A stretch of 64,000 nt of DNA, from contig LWCA01000063.1 of NCBI GenBank assembly GCA_001642005.1, positions 1-64,000 of the forward strand. Reading direction: 5' to 3'. The notes under the pieces are model-generated. The model was given only the letters and a program-made list of their open reading frames with translations. It was not told where the DNA came from and did not search any database. The DNA is from Intoshia linei (taxonomy: Eukaryota; Animalia; Orthonectida). Below are positions 28,801 to 41,813 of the stretch, piece by piece. The first letter of the stretch is position 1, and each line of letters opens with the position of its first letter. The translations under genes and the position numbers were made by a program.

Positions 28801-29253
28801 AATTGACAACAAATCATAGGCTTCATTGTTATAAATTTCGTAAAATGAAACATGAATAGTAAATTCGTATTTATCAGGTTGTTCAGCAATCTTATCAAAC
28901 AAGTCTCTAATTAAACGAGGGATGATTCCTTCCATGTTGATATCCCCCAAAACTCCTTGCATGGTGTGTGTTTTTCCACTAGAAGTTTGACCATATGCAA
29001 AAATGGCAGAATTGATACCATTGATCAAGTCAATGTTGATATTATTAGCGATACTATCAAACATGATATCTTGTGTAGTTTCTCCCGGGAAAATTCTATC
29101 AAATACAAATCTTTTATTTTCAATGGAAATGGTTGATGGAGATTCATAGTTGAAAACATTTTCAGTCTGCATTTCATTTTCTTTATCATTAAAAGGACGT
29201 ACTCGACAAAACACTCGGATGTTTTCATTAGATTTCGGCTCTGATGAATCCAT
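22862..29253 (-). CDS. Kinesin-1 heavy chain (KIF5/Khc-like), divergent, about 1000 aa
   Basis: The 2.2-kb first exon has P-loop GQTSSGKT, SSRSH, LVDLAGSE and neck VSVNKELT. Downstream exons lie at ~24676-24779, 23843-23971, 23209-23805 and 22862-22976, and give LQRLLQTRQRFVNDIFKR (Khc LHNLRKLFVQDL), DENNKLRGDL (Khc RDNADLRCEL) and tail NINIPLRGG. An extra micro-exon near 22710 is possible. Confidence 0.88.
24837..25126. mobile_element. hAT-type MITE; inverted sibling at 51654-51983
   Basis: caggggtgtca ... tgacacattg with TSD atctgaaa/atctcaaa (7/8). Confidence 0.75.
25350..26220 (+). mobile_element. Helitron family copy (diverged) in kinesin intron
   Basis: Reverse complement of 60380-61200, including the tgtgtgtgtttgt microsatellite near the 5' end. 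Confidence 0.75.
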
Positions 29254-30949
29254 TTTGTTTCTTTATCTGATTATTTCGATTGTGATTAAATTTTTCAAAT
29301 ATATTGAAATTTGTTCAATTTTTACTAGACAGCGTAAATGCCAAATTAGTAAACCTAATTCCTTTAGTAGTCTCCAAAGTAAACAATTAAAAGTAATACA
29401 TCTTTATTGTTGTTTACAATTTTATGGATTTACAAGTCATGTATTTGTTTTGGTTATTACTATCTCCTTGAATCTTGAATTTCCAATAAATTGACTACAA
29501 TAATGTTTGATATCAAATTTGCATGTAAACAGAAGTTTATGTAAGTAATATAAGCAATTTTAGTCGAATCAGTTATTATTTGTCTAATTACATAGACCTA
29601 ATTGAATAACCTTATATTAGCATATCGATGTAAATGTTAACCATTTAAATAGGTCATTAGACACATTTTTAGTATTGTAAATGATAAACCATGCAATGTT
29701 AACTAGAATTAGATCAAATATGAATTATTAGTTGATTCAGCATAACTAATAATTTATCCTAATCTTAAATTAATTTAAGTTAACTTAAATAAGAATTTAA
29801 ATTTAATTAAAATTGAATTACACATTTTAATTTAAACTACTGTAGATTACGTTTCTTACTTAAAAATAATTTCTTAAAAATTGTAGTTTATCTTTAAAAA
29901 ATTATTTTTATTTTTTAGTATTAATTCAACTTCAACTTAATCAAACAAAAATGTATACATTTTTATATGCTTGTAAATAGTAACGAATCGTTATTAACGA
30001 TTAGAATCTACTACAAGTGTAAGTAAATAAACTTTAATAACAATATTAAATTTGCGTGTGTAATTGTAATTCATGATTTAACGTTTCATTTTTTCAGTTT
30101 ACTTGGGGCTGTTTTCAAATGACTAATGTTTACATTTTATCCAATTCTACATACTTTGTCAAGTCTCTTTTATATGTAACAATTATATAATTTTTATAAA
30201 AATTTTAGTCGTGTGTATTCAGAGTTCACTTGATATGTTCCACAAAATATGTGGGTTGAATTAGGATCTACCGTTGCCATTTTATTTTCTTGGGTAAAAT
30301 CCTTCTAAGACTCAATTCTAACATTTGCCACGATTTAAATGATGACACTTTGTACTATTTTCGAACTTGCAGACTATACGGTTTTGAACCCACCGTGTTT
30401 GTAAGTCATGAAATTACTGTATTATGTCTGATATTATTTTTTAAATAAAATATGAAATTTGATAAATTGAATTTGAAACTCGATAAACAAGTTATTTTAA
30501 ATTAAAACTTGAATCAAATAATTCAAAAAAACAAATTTTATGATAAAAATGCCCGGCTTTTTGTTTGTGTGTATGAGTGTGTTCCACTTTATTGAAATAA
30601 CTACCAGACTTAGAATTTTATAAAGTCATTATTTCAAATACAGTTTTTTCCGGGACGTATAATAATAAGATAAATTTCAACCTCCCAAACTATCATCTTA
30701 CTGGTCAAAAACCCCAATTGTCCCTCTTTTTAAAAATGAAACGAGTTTGAGAATGCATAGATAAACATAAATAAAATTACTTGTAATCAAATCATCAAAT
30801 ATAATATGAACTAAGCGAATTTAAACAGCATTCGACTTAAGGCTTGCCATATATCTATTCATCCACATGGTTTTGGGTTTCATGTATTGAATGACTAATA
30901 AATAGACAGTTAAAAAAACTTTAATATAATGAAATTAAAAATTTAGTTT

Positions 30950-31382
30950 TCTAATCAACAATTTTTTCAGTTTTCATTAAAATTTGTGTATTGTTCGATT
31001 CTCCACTATTATTCTCAGTTACTTTTGTTGCATTTATAGTTCTACTACAAGTAGAACTACGTAACTTCATTGAAAACTTCATAGAATCTTTCTTTTTTGA
31101 AAGACTTTTACCATGTCTTTTCATAGATATATTATCGGTTTTAACTATACATTCACTATTATTTTCCGTTTTATTTTGTTTAGAAATCCGTGTAATTCTA
31201 TTATTTTTTTAAATGATCATTTTTTAAAGATAAGTTTTGGTTTTGTGGTTTTTTATTCTTTGAACAATCATCCTATGAATGTTAAAACTCTTGGCAATAT
31301 CTTTATATTGCTTTCCCTTGTTGATCATGTCTATAATTTTTTTTTTTTCTAAAATTGAAATTGAATGACTTTTTCTTTTCAT
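30950..31382 (-). pseudogene. Tigger/pogo (CENP-B N-terminal psq-HTH) transposase relic
   Basis: MKRKSHSISILEKKKIIDMINKGKQYKDIAKSFNIHRMIVQRIKN fits the CENP-B/Tigger N-terminal HTH. Two in-frame TAA stops follow it and no DDE domain is seen. Confidence 0.6.
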
Positions 31383-32041
31383 TTTATACTTGGTTTTATG
31401 AAAATGAAAATTTATTGAATTGCATATTAATAAAGCGCTAATTATGATCAGTGATTTAGACATATCGTCAATTGCCATAACAGTAAAGACATCAGTGGCA
31501 AATGTATATATAGAATTGTTTTCATCGCGCGGTATTATTTGTCACATTAGATTATTTACTTAACTGATTGAAAGTATTTTAGTTCATTGGTTGTTTATTG
31601 TTTATACAACTATTGTGGATTCATCTACATTAGCGCATATTTCACTTGATATTTTCACTGACATTTGAAAGTTTAGTCATTAAATTAATCACGTTTATCC
31701 ATTGTGTAGTATCCAATCACAAGATCATAAAATTTTTGTCATTTTATAAAATACAATATAACGTTATAACGGCTGAAAATGAAACTCCATAACATATCCA
31801 TGCAAATTGGAAAATTACAATAATAAAATGTAATTTTCAGTATTGTTTTAAATCAATTTTATTCAATAGTAGTGTAAACATTTTAAAAGTATTTCTCTGG
31901 TCCCACTTATTCGAACAGAACAGAATTGAGGAACCAAAAATGGTTTCAATGTATAATATAAGGGTTACCCTTTTCGTTTAACGCGGACTGCTCTATCCCG
32001 TTGATTATAATTATCAACAGCCTAAACTCTAAGCCTTAGAG

Positions 32042-32562
32042 CAGTGGTTCTCAACCCATGTTCCACAAAATTTAATTGGGGTTCCCATGAAATATAAATG
32101 CAATATTTTTCAATTTAAAGTTTTTCTAAATTACTGTTGTATGCAATGAAACATCATTTCTCAAATTTAAATCAAATAAGTTTTAATAAAATTATTATAC
32201 GGTGTGAGTATGGGAAGCTGAAAAATGATTTTAAAAAGTAATAATAATTTAGATTATCTTTATGAGAAATATTGTAAAGAAAATGGGTTTTTACTGGCCC
32301 AACTCTCTTGAAATAATTTAAATAAGTTACTTACCTCTTTATAATGATATTTAACTAAAAATTTATCTCTCACGGGCCTGCATGCTTATTCGTTGTGTGA
32401 GGTAGGAAACTGGTTAAACTGGTGTTATTAATTTTTTAATTAAAAATCAAATTTTTTGATATATGCGACATGCGAAAAAAATTTTTGATCATGCTTTTAG
32501 GTGTGGCGATTTTTTGAAATTTCATAAGAGTTCCACGCAGTAAAAAAGGTTAAGAAACACGG
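32042..32562. mobile_element. hAT-type MITE
   Basis: cagtggttctcaacc ... ggttaagaaacacgg with TSD ccttagag/ccttaaag (7/8). Confidence 0.8.
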
Positions 32563-33399
32563 CCTTAAAGTCTATTTTGTGAAAATTTGTAAAAAAATAA
32601 TAGAATAGAAATTTGTGCGGCTTGCATATCAATAAGTTTGCCCACCCCTGGATTAGACTTATCACTAACAAATTTAAAATTAGAAACTATATGAGTAATC
32701 CTTATTTATGTATAAAGTAAAGGTTCATAGAAATGTTTATAAATTATGGTATAACCATTTTTTGAGGTACTGAACGGTTCCAGAAATTTCAAAAATAAAA
32801 ATACGAAATTTTTTTTTCCGTGCAGAAATTGAGACATATTTAAAATTCAAAAATTGATATATTCAATCCCAAAACCACAATTGACTCATTATTTTGAATA
32901 ATTATTACATTGTCCATCAAAATATCTAAGCGAGTCATATATCATCCCTTTCCACTCCTTTTATTTATTAAAATATCCTTCGTTTTTAAAAATTTTTTAT
33001 ATTGCTGGTAGACAGCTGTCACCAGTTGATACTACTGTTGGTACCAGCATTCAGTCAGCCTTGTTAATAGGTAATGTAGGAAAATTTCTTAAGTATACAA
33101 AAATTTCGATAACAAATGCGATTTCCAACGGTTTTTTTTATTTTTAAAGAATAAACGATGGATTAAGCAGTGTATAGGGAATTTACCGCACTAGGAACCG
33201 CACTTCTTATAAATTTAATTTATTCCACGCATATATATTTTTATAAACCATGCAATTTTATAGCTCAATTATTTTTAAAATAAAAAGTTTAGTTTTTTGT
33301 TGTAATATCATTCACTCGTTCACAATTGTTTTATAATCATTTTTATAATGAGAACTTCAGAATTAAAAATATGGATTGAATTAAATGGATTTATTATGA

Positions 33400-33670
33400 T
33401 TTCTCTAGTTCTCTATGATTTAACCAGTAAAAGGCATAGAGAAAATCTATCCAATTCTATTTTCTCTGGTAGTACAATTAATACTGGTTCAAATGCAAAT
33501 GAAATAAAATTAGCTATATTTACCGCTTTCAATGTGTCGCTTAGGTCAGTCGATCATTTGAAAAGCTTATTTAATTCCATATCTCTTACAAGCTGTATCC
33601 GAATGCGTCGAACAAAATGCTGAAACAAAATTTTGTAAAATTAATATCACTAAAAAAACTCACAAATAAA
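33400..33670 (-). pseudogene. Possible Mutator (MULE) transposase relic
   Basis: Minus frame HFVRRIRIQLVRDMELNKLFK*STDLSDTLKAV..ISFAFEP weakly resembles the MULE segment FHF.Q...R.IQ..GL...Y.....LAF.P and contains stops. Confidence 0.25.
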
Positions 33671-34426
33671 TTAAATTAAATATCAATAAATTTTAAAATA
33701 TTCTGTGTTCGTCTATTTTATGTTTGCATTTCAACAGTTGAAATGAACCGAATACTTGTTATTTTTATCAAATAATTTCGGATATTTTAATTGTTTAGAT
33801 ATTAAGGAAACTATTCATTAAAACCCGCTTATTTTAGTCAATATTGACTCATAGGCTTTTCCGAGCATGTATTTTTCTGTATATCTATCTTTCGGGAAAG
33901 TTAAATAAAATTGTATATTTTTAAATTTTTTAGCCCAAATGAAATAAATAATTAATTTTAAATTTAAAAAATACCTTTAAAATTAACAATTTTATATTTA
34001 CAATGTAAATAATGATTATTACTAGTCAATCAATTTATTATTTTTATTAAAGAATTATTAAATTGATTGCAGCCACCAAAAATTTTGATTTAAATCTTTA
34101 AAATGGTATTTAATAGAACGCATTGAATTAGACTTCAAATAAAGACGATTCTAAAAAAAGAGGATACCATTTTACAAAAAATTATGCCAAACCCTCCTCT
34201 CGAACAGGGTCTCGGGTTTGGTATGTTCAGTACTCTGTTTACCGCCACAATATATGTTTATTAATGACTTTTACAATGAAAATTGTTCATGTGCAGATAG
34301 GCCGTGGAGATCCAGCAGTAGGTCCGGACCAAATGGAAAGTGTAGGCCATAAAAGTGTATCAAATGTTTTTGAAAAAATATAACCTCTATGCATTGCTAT
34401 GACATACAATATTGATAAAATTTTTA

Positions 34427-35872
34427 TTAAAATTGAGTTACATTAAAATATACGGGTGCTACCGAAATTCCTGCATCATGAACCATTGAAACTTTGCCAT
34501 ACCCAGCATTTCCCCATTTTTGAGACCAAGAATTTTTAATAATCCAATAGTTTTTATTTGTATTTTCATTGATTCCATATCCAATTAATATGACAATATG
34601 CACAAGACTTTTTAAATCAGTCAAACAGTTTTTTCCTTCAAAAATACCTCCCTGATAAGTCAAAAATCCTGGACAATCCGAGTTAATGCTGACAGAAATT
34701 GGTCCATAGATGAGAAGGGCTTGTTTAATAGCCTCAATATCTGAGTCAACCGGTCCGCAACTAGACATTTTAATGACTGGATTCATCAATGGATCATTAA
34801 CTTTATACCCACATTTATCAGTAACTGAAATGTAACTTCCATATTCATGTTGGCTCACTAAACCAAATTCTGTGATATACATGCATACATTCAATTCCTG
34901 ACCACCGTGGCACCCATTATTTCCATATTTCCAGGTACAATCCAAAAGTTGTTGTTTAGAAAGTCGAATATGTTTTCCATAATTAAGCATGTAGCTAAAT
35001 TCAGCAACGCCAACAGAAGAAAACGACCAACATGACCCACAAAAAGCTTGATCGTCTACAGGAGTGATAATCCCATGTTCTCGCCAGTCAAATGAAACTA
35101 ATCGTTTGAAATCATCAATAACATTTTGATGATATCTACCATTCAGATATTTGTTTACATTAATATTTTGTATATATTTGTAAGTTTGCAAATTTTTCGT
35201 TTTCCAACTACTTACAGTCTCAGGTTTATGGGGAACACAGTCTTGTTCAAGTTTATCAAATATATTTGAATTTATACTAGTTTCAATTAGTGTTTGATAT
35301 TCAATAATGTATTGATCAAAGTGACGTCTGAAAATTGTAGTTATACCGTCAATTTCCCATAACTGTGGGTGATAGTCATCTTTAGCAGACATAATACGAG
35401 AAACGAAAAATTTATTAAAACTAGTTCGACTGCCTTGAGTGTAATTGTACCTGAAAACGTTTACGAAATTATATTTAGCTGTGTTTTTATATCCATTATA
35501 TTTAAACTGTGCTCTTTCATAATACGGTATAAATGTCATTAATTTATCACTATTGTTGTCATATACGAAACAATTTTTTGCGTCATTTCCGCTTTTAACG
35601 ATATTATAAATTTTTTCGTTAGTATACAGATACTTGTCTTTTCCGTTGTATAAATCTATCCGACTTTTTCCTAACTCTTTGCTGAAATAATTAACAAAAG
35701 GTACCGATAAGGATGCTGCCGGTATATAGAGTGTACCCGTGACAATAAAAGAATCGGGAACTAAATATTTTTATGAAGATTTCATTAATTAATTACATTT
35801 CAAATCCTCGTCAAAAATTATTTTAGAGCTATAACAGTGTATGAATATTATTGATAATATTATTAATTTCAT
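34427..35872 (-). CDS. Secreted papain-family (C1A) cysteine protease of the 26/29-kDa proteinase type, 2 exons, 469 aa
   Basis: Exon 1 (35872-35797) gives signal peptide MKLIILSIIFIHCYS; intron 35761-35796 is 36 nt. FIVTGTLYIP..SRIDLYNG and HFDQYIIEY match the 26-29p N-terminal domain. Catalytic QAFCGSCW, H (LVHIV) and N (KNSW) are intact. Confidence 0.92.
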
Positions 35873-36587
35873 TTTCTTTTCAAAAATGGTACAAATGTTA
35901 TTTTTGAATTATTTAGATCAATATTTACTATGGTATATTCCAATTATAAATATTTGAAATCTTGAAAACTGCGTTCAACATTATTTTTTATGTTTATTTT
36001 ATTATGTAATATTAAATAAATGTCATATAGTGTAAATTTCTTTTCAGTGTTATTTAGAGGGACAATTATAAATCTATTAACCTATCACTTACACATTTAT
36101 ATCAATTCCTTTATTAATTATTTTTATTATTAAGGATCAAAACAGAATATTGAACCATCAAACATTTTTTTTAAATGTATATTACAATATACTATTTGAA
36201 TGCATTTTATTCAATTTTTTATTTATGTGAAATTATTAGATCGTTAATCTTTACTCATATAAAATGCAATTTTTGTGTATCTGTCAGACAGATATATTGT
36301 ATGAAAAGAATACAAGGGACCTATTTTTTAAATCGACATTTTTATAATTCACCATAAACTAATTCGATAACTAGGGTTGCTAGTAGAGTTCGGCGCGATG
36401 CTACGTTCCCTTATATATTATATTATTATTAATAATATAGTATTTTTATGTGAGACATTTAGAATGATCAATCCACTTGAATCGGCATTTTTACAACAAC
36501 CCATTATAGATTATCTTATTTTACACGAAAATACACCGAATGCGCACTAATCAACATTGATTCTTCAATACATGATACACCCTAATG

Positions 36588-38471
36588 TAGTGGTTGTCAA
36601 TCTTTTATACCTTGTGAGTTGCGATCTTTATGAACAACAAAATTTTTTGCGACCCTCCTGTTATTACGAACAAACGAAAATTTTTTATATCTAAAATATT
36701 AACTTTACTACTTTATCTACTAACATTTGTATTGGTAAATTGGTGCATTGGTATACTATAGAAACATGTTCCATTTTATTCAAAATATACAATTTATATT
36801 TTAAATTTCTGATTTATTACTGAATTTAATTTAATGACTATTATCTACATTTTATTTATAAATTCTGAAGAAACTATATTTTAATGTAAAATTTACTAAG
36901 GATTGGTTTAGAAACGAATCATTTTTGCTTTACATTGCACAAAATTTTTTTCGAAGCCCCAATTGAAAATGGATTGAAAACTATACCTAATACAAAGAAC
37001 AAAAATATTTTTAGATACTAAGTGGACTATATGAAGTCTTTAGAGGTCTTAATTTATAAATTAATTTTAATTTTAATTTATTTAACTTAATTTATTAATT
37101 AATGTATATTAATTAGTGGAGCTTTATACAGATAGTGATATCTTCAATATTTATGAAACAGGGTTAAACTTGAACTAGCTTCAACAACCATAAGTACGAA
37201 AAAATCTTAGGGTGGTAAAGTAAAAAGTTGAGATAATGAATCCTGATATTATTCTGAAGAAATTTGAATATTTGTAGTGTGAATTATGTTTTTCGTTGAA
37301 TAAAATGAATAAATTTTCATTACAAAAGTATTGCAAATGTATTTAAAATTTAAATTAAATTCGGAAAAATTATTCACTAACAATTGTTACAGTACAATTG
37401 CAAAATTATGCATTTTGTATTTTTAGTAGATACATTATCTACTAACGGTACAAATTAGCAAATTATTCATTAACGAATTCACTACTAACGGTGCTTGACT
37501 GTACAATGTACATACTTTTAATAATTCTGAAATCTTTTGAAACTTAAAAAAATAAATTTCTAATGATTAAAAATATAAAATTACTTTAAATTAATGAGAT
37601 TTTTCCCTTTAACCCGAATACTCCCAGACAAATTTTTCCAATTTTTTGGCTTCGATTTTTACAAAAATTTGGAAAGTTAATATATACTTGCCTATTTTTC
37701 ACCATATAAAATTTTACGTAATTACCAATTGTAGTTATGGAGTTATTTCATATGATTATATGGTCACATTGGGAAAATAAGGCAAATAAAAGCGTGTATA
37801 TATAAAACCGCATCGTCAATATACTTAATTATTTCATCAAATTGTAGCCAATACATGAATTCATCATATGGTATTCATTAAATTCAGTTATCACAACTTT
37901 AACATATAAAAATATAAAAAAAATTTTCAGTGAATTTTTTTTGCTTTGAAAAATCATTTTGGTCCACTGTTAGTGACACAGGAGGCTAATCGGTGAAAAC
38001 TCATAACTAATATACTCGAATGTTATATAATATACTAATTAATTTAATTTTTCATATTTAATTAACTTTGTTTCAATTTGATACGTGTTTTTATAATTGT
38101 AATGTTGTGTGACCATATCGTCACACTGGGAGTATTCGTGTTAACAGCATGACATTTTTCTTTTATTGTTATTTGAAACCCAGATTTTGACCCCAGCATA
38201 GTTGGTGCACCATCAGTAAAAACACCGCATATATGCATGTATAGTTCCAATTTAAATTTCTATCAATAAAAAAGTCATCAATTTTGTAAATATCCATTGT
38301 TTTGTATTCGTAAAGAGTTTACTACATAATAAGAATTCTCCTCAATTTCATTCAAATGAATTATACCTCACAAAAAATAAAATTAAACAATCAAATAATG
38401 TATAAAAATTTGCTACCCCAGGGAAATTTTGCTACCCCTAACGGTCACGACCCCCTGGTTAAGAAACTATA
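36588..38471 (-). mobile_element. hAT (Buster/Charlie, ZBED5/FAM200-like) deletion derivative with transposase relic
   Basis: Exact 8-bp flanks ccctaatg (36580-36587, 38472-38479), degenerate TIRs, and relic ICGVFTDGAPTMLGSKSGFQ at ~38160-38240 (the hAT TDGA motif). The outer boundaries may join two elements. Confidence 0.6.
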
Positions 38472-39471
38472 CCCTAATGCATATATGCTGAGTTTTAAGA
38501 GTACACATAAACTTAGCGAACATTTCATTACATTTGATTTATTTTTTAAAAATAGTCAGACCTCTCAATACCGCCACTATATTTATTATTTTACTATATG
38601 GCCGATTATTAATGCATAGCAGCCATATCCATGATCTATTCCCTATAACATTAAACTCTCAATGCCGCCATTTTCGTATTTTGATATTTATGGCTGTATT
38701 GAGATGTCTTAATGTACTATTTTTTGTGTATGATTAATGTCAGACCCGAATATACCATACTCTGAGGCCTTTCTTCGAGATCCTCGACAAAATTTTTGTA
38801 AAATTGCCTCATTTTTCGAATTTGTGAAGTTCAAAAAATTATATTTTAAATATCATAACTAGAGAACACTAAAAAGAGCACTTTTGAAATGAAACGAGTA
38901 GAAAAATGATAAAATGTATCGTGATAATATTAATGATAAAATATATAGCGAAGTGCATTATGCTTTATGACATAATCGTGCTAAAACTGTGTTTTAGATA
39001 TTAAAATTCTAAGACAGGTAGTTATTGAAATAAACGGTAACACACACCAACACACACAAACAAATATTGCGTAGCATATTATATAAGTAAAGATTTTGTA
39101 AAATGTTAATATTGTCGTATTAATATTAAGGCAATGTATGTTAAAAATGTTTTGTATTTTGGAAACAAAACTAATGGATATCCTTCAACACAACACTTAA
39201 AAACCAATAAATGATGTGAAAAAAGTATACACATTTCTTGAAATTGTTACACTTTAATTATACTTACATATTAATAATAATACTAAATACTTATTTAAAT
39301 TTAATGTTTGGGTTATTAACGCGTCATATTTTCAATTTTCAGTAGATACTACCCCAAAAATGCTATTGAAGAATGCGATTGGCCAAAATATTAATAAAAA
39401 ACACAAAAAACATAAAACAATACAATTTAATAATTCCATGATTATGTTTATTTATTATTAGCATACATAAT

Positions 39472-39878
39472 TTAATTAAAGAGAATTCCTATTACAACAG
39501 TGAATATCAATCCAATAGGTATTCCAATTGACATTGCATCTAAAAATATGTATATTGTATTAAAATAAAATTATGTGTATTATATTAATATATAAATGCT
39601 ACGGTAAATTTTTATTATTAAACTAAACTATTAAATGAAAATAAAAAAATTAGATTGTGTAAAGCACATACCACTGCACGTAGAAGTATCGTTGTGCCAG
39701 GTACACGTAACTGGGCCAACGTTAGTACAGTACGTCTTAACGGACACGATAGTACATGGATCAGCTAAAAATGTTTAAAAAATATATATAAAAAGATACG
39801 AATTGAAAAAGCAAGGTTGTTGTGAATTAATGTAATCAACACAATAAATAATATGATGGATTTATTGAAATTTTGCAT
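39472..39878 (-). CDS. 79-aa secreted, probably GPI-anchored 4-Cys 'CxW' mini-protein (3 exons: 39878-39800, 39764-39672, 39539-39472)
   Basis: Phase-consistent GT-AG introns give MQNFNKSIILFIVLITLIHNNLAFSIPDPCTIVSVKTYCTNVGPVTCTWHNDTSTCSDAMSIGIPIGLIFTVVIGILFN*. The middle exon is conspicuously GC-rich relative to its flanks. Confidence 0.82.
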
Positions 39879-41168
39879 TCTCTTAATTTGAAAACAATTT
39901 ATATTTTTAAATTATTAAATGAATTTTTTATCAAAATGGAAGTATGTTAAAACTGTTAGTATTTACATAACCATGAATTCTAAATATATGCATATACACA
40001 TCACAATAAAAATTAAATTTCTTTGTTATAAACTATGCTCAGATTTAATTCATAGGTTCAAGGCCAATTTCTGTATTTAATTTTCATTTAATTTGTTTTG
40101 ACTACTTAGATTGTTACGCAATTTAAATCATTATTTAATGATTTCCATTATTAAATTTATTTATTATTTTTCATGTTATTGTTGAACTCTAATAAATCAT
40201 TGTTTTCATATTGATGTGGTTTATTTCAAGATATACACAAAATTTAACTGTGAATGTTTTTGACTTTTCAGTATTTATACATTTATCTAATCAACTTGAA
40301 TTTTAATGTCAATGATTTCTTACAAAGTACAGTTTATTACGGTTTTGTGCGTTGTGTAACTATTTATAAATAGGTAAGAGTTTGCAAATACATTTGTAAA
40401 TATTTCAAACACATGGTAAAGGTTTTCTTTAGGGTTTTTCAACCTATTTCATATCAATGGCCACTTTTTGACTACAATTTTCCAAACGCCCATTGCAATT
40501 AAAATTGAAATTAGTAACATTAAAACTTTAAACCATGTAAAATTCGATGGTATTGATATTCCATTTGTGCCAAGGTATGATGGTTTTTTTCATTTGAAAA
40601 TTGAATTATATATTTCAGAGAAATGCACCATTTTCGAGTAATTGCTCGATTTACTCATATGGAATTTTTAACCGAGTTGCACTAAAAAGATTTCCATGAA
40701 CTGTTTTGAAAAATTTAGTAATCAATTTTACCAACCTTTGTTGCAACAAACATATATTATTAACAAAAGAAATTATAAAACTAATGTAACTAAGCTAATT
40801 AATAATATAATAATAATAAATAATTAATATAATCATGGTACATAATTATTGAGTAATTTTTAAATACAAATTATACGTCGAAAATTTATTCCAGAAGGCG
40901 TTAAAAAAATATATTTCTAAAAAGAGAGCTGTAGACAAAATGAGTTTGGGAACCTCTGCTCTAAAGCGAATTTTGTTCTGAGCGACACAATCATCGATTT
41001 TGCTATATAATCATATTATAGATTTTTTATTATTTTGTGGGTTTCTTTAAGAGAAATAGTTTTTAAAGATTTTCAAAATAATTTTGGGCTAAAGATTTGT
41101 TAGGTTTTTAATAGAACATTTTTTTCATCAATTTTTAAAGATTTAAAGATTAGAGACGGCTAATGTTT

Positions 41169-41545
41169 CTATGAAGTGCATAACAATAAGTTAGTTGATG
41201 TAAAAAACAATAATGATGATTTTTTAAATAATGTTAAAAAATTACAACTAATACATTTATCGCCAGTCCAAACGCAGTGAAAATCGGTGGCAGGTTCACA
41301 AACAGATTTGAAAAAGAAGGCATTACACAAATCTAGACTCAATGATTAAAAAATATAAATAAAATCAAATTTTAAAAATATATTATCGGTATCCTCATAT
41401 TGACACTTGAAAACTTTAATAATATTTAATAAAAAATATTTTATGGTAAAAACAAAACTAAAATTAATATAAATGATATCCTTAATTGTATTAAATATTC
41501 ACCAGTGCAATGTAATATACAATATAAAGTTAATCCTACTATGAC
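41169..41545 (-). CDS. Paralogous CxW mini-protein (core exon 41332-41169; 5' exons tentative)
   Basis: After a phase-1 acceptor (ctag|AT) the frame reads DLCNAFFFKSVCEPATDFHCVWTGDKCISCNFLTLFKKSSLLFFTSTNLLLCTS*, with the same C-x8-C-x7-C-x-W spacing. A candidate signal exon IVGLTLYCILHCT with a phase-1 donor lies at ~41503-41545. No start codon was found. Confidence 0.6.
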
Positions 41546-41813
41546 TTAGACTTTTATGTGGATATGAAATTGAATGTATAATTGATATCTCAAATGCATA
41601 ATTTAATGTGTATAATAATGATATATTGAAATTTTATTTTAATTGATTTAAAATACCACTTTTTGCTACAATACAATAATTTATAAATAGAAAAAATTTA
41701 ATATTATAATTTTGACTCACATACTAGGATTAAGCGATCGTTAAACTATTGAAAAATTTAAAATTATTTTAAAATGTAATGTACACATTTATTTGTATAA
41801 TCACATGTTAAAA

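Noticed and set aside
3668-29253. HMMR, CCDC170 and kinesin clustered as a microtubule 'operon'
   Set aside because: Different strands, an unrelated transporter lies between them, and there is no consistent trans-splice signal; likely coincidence.
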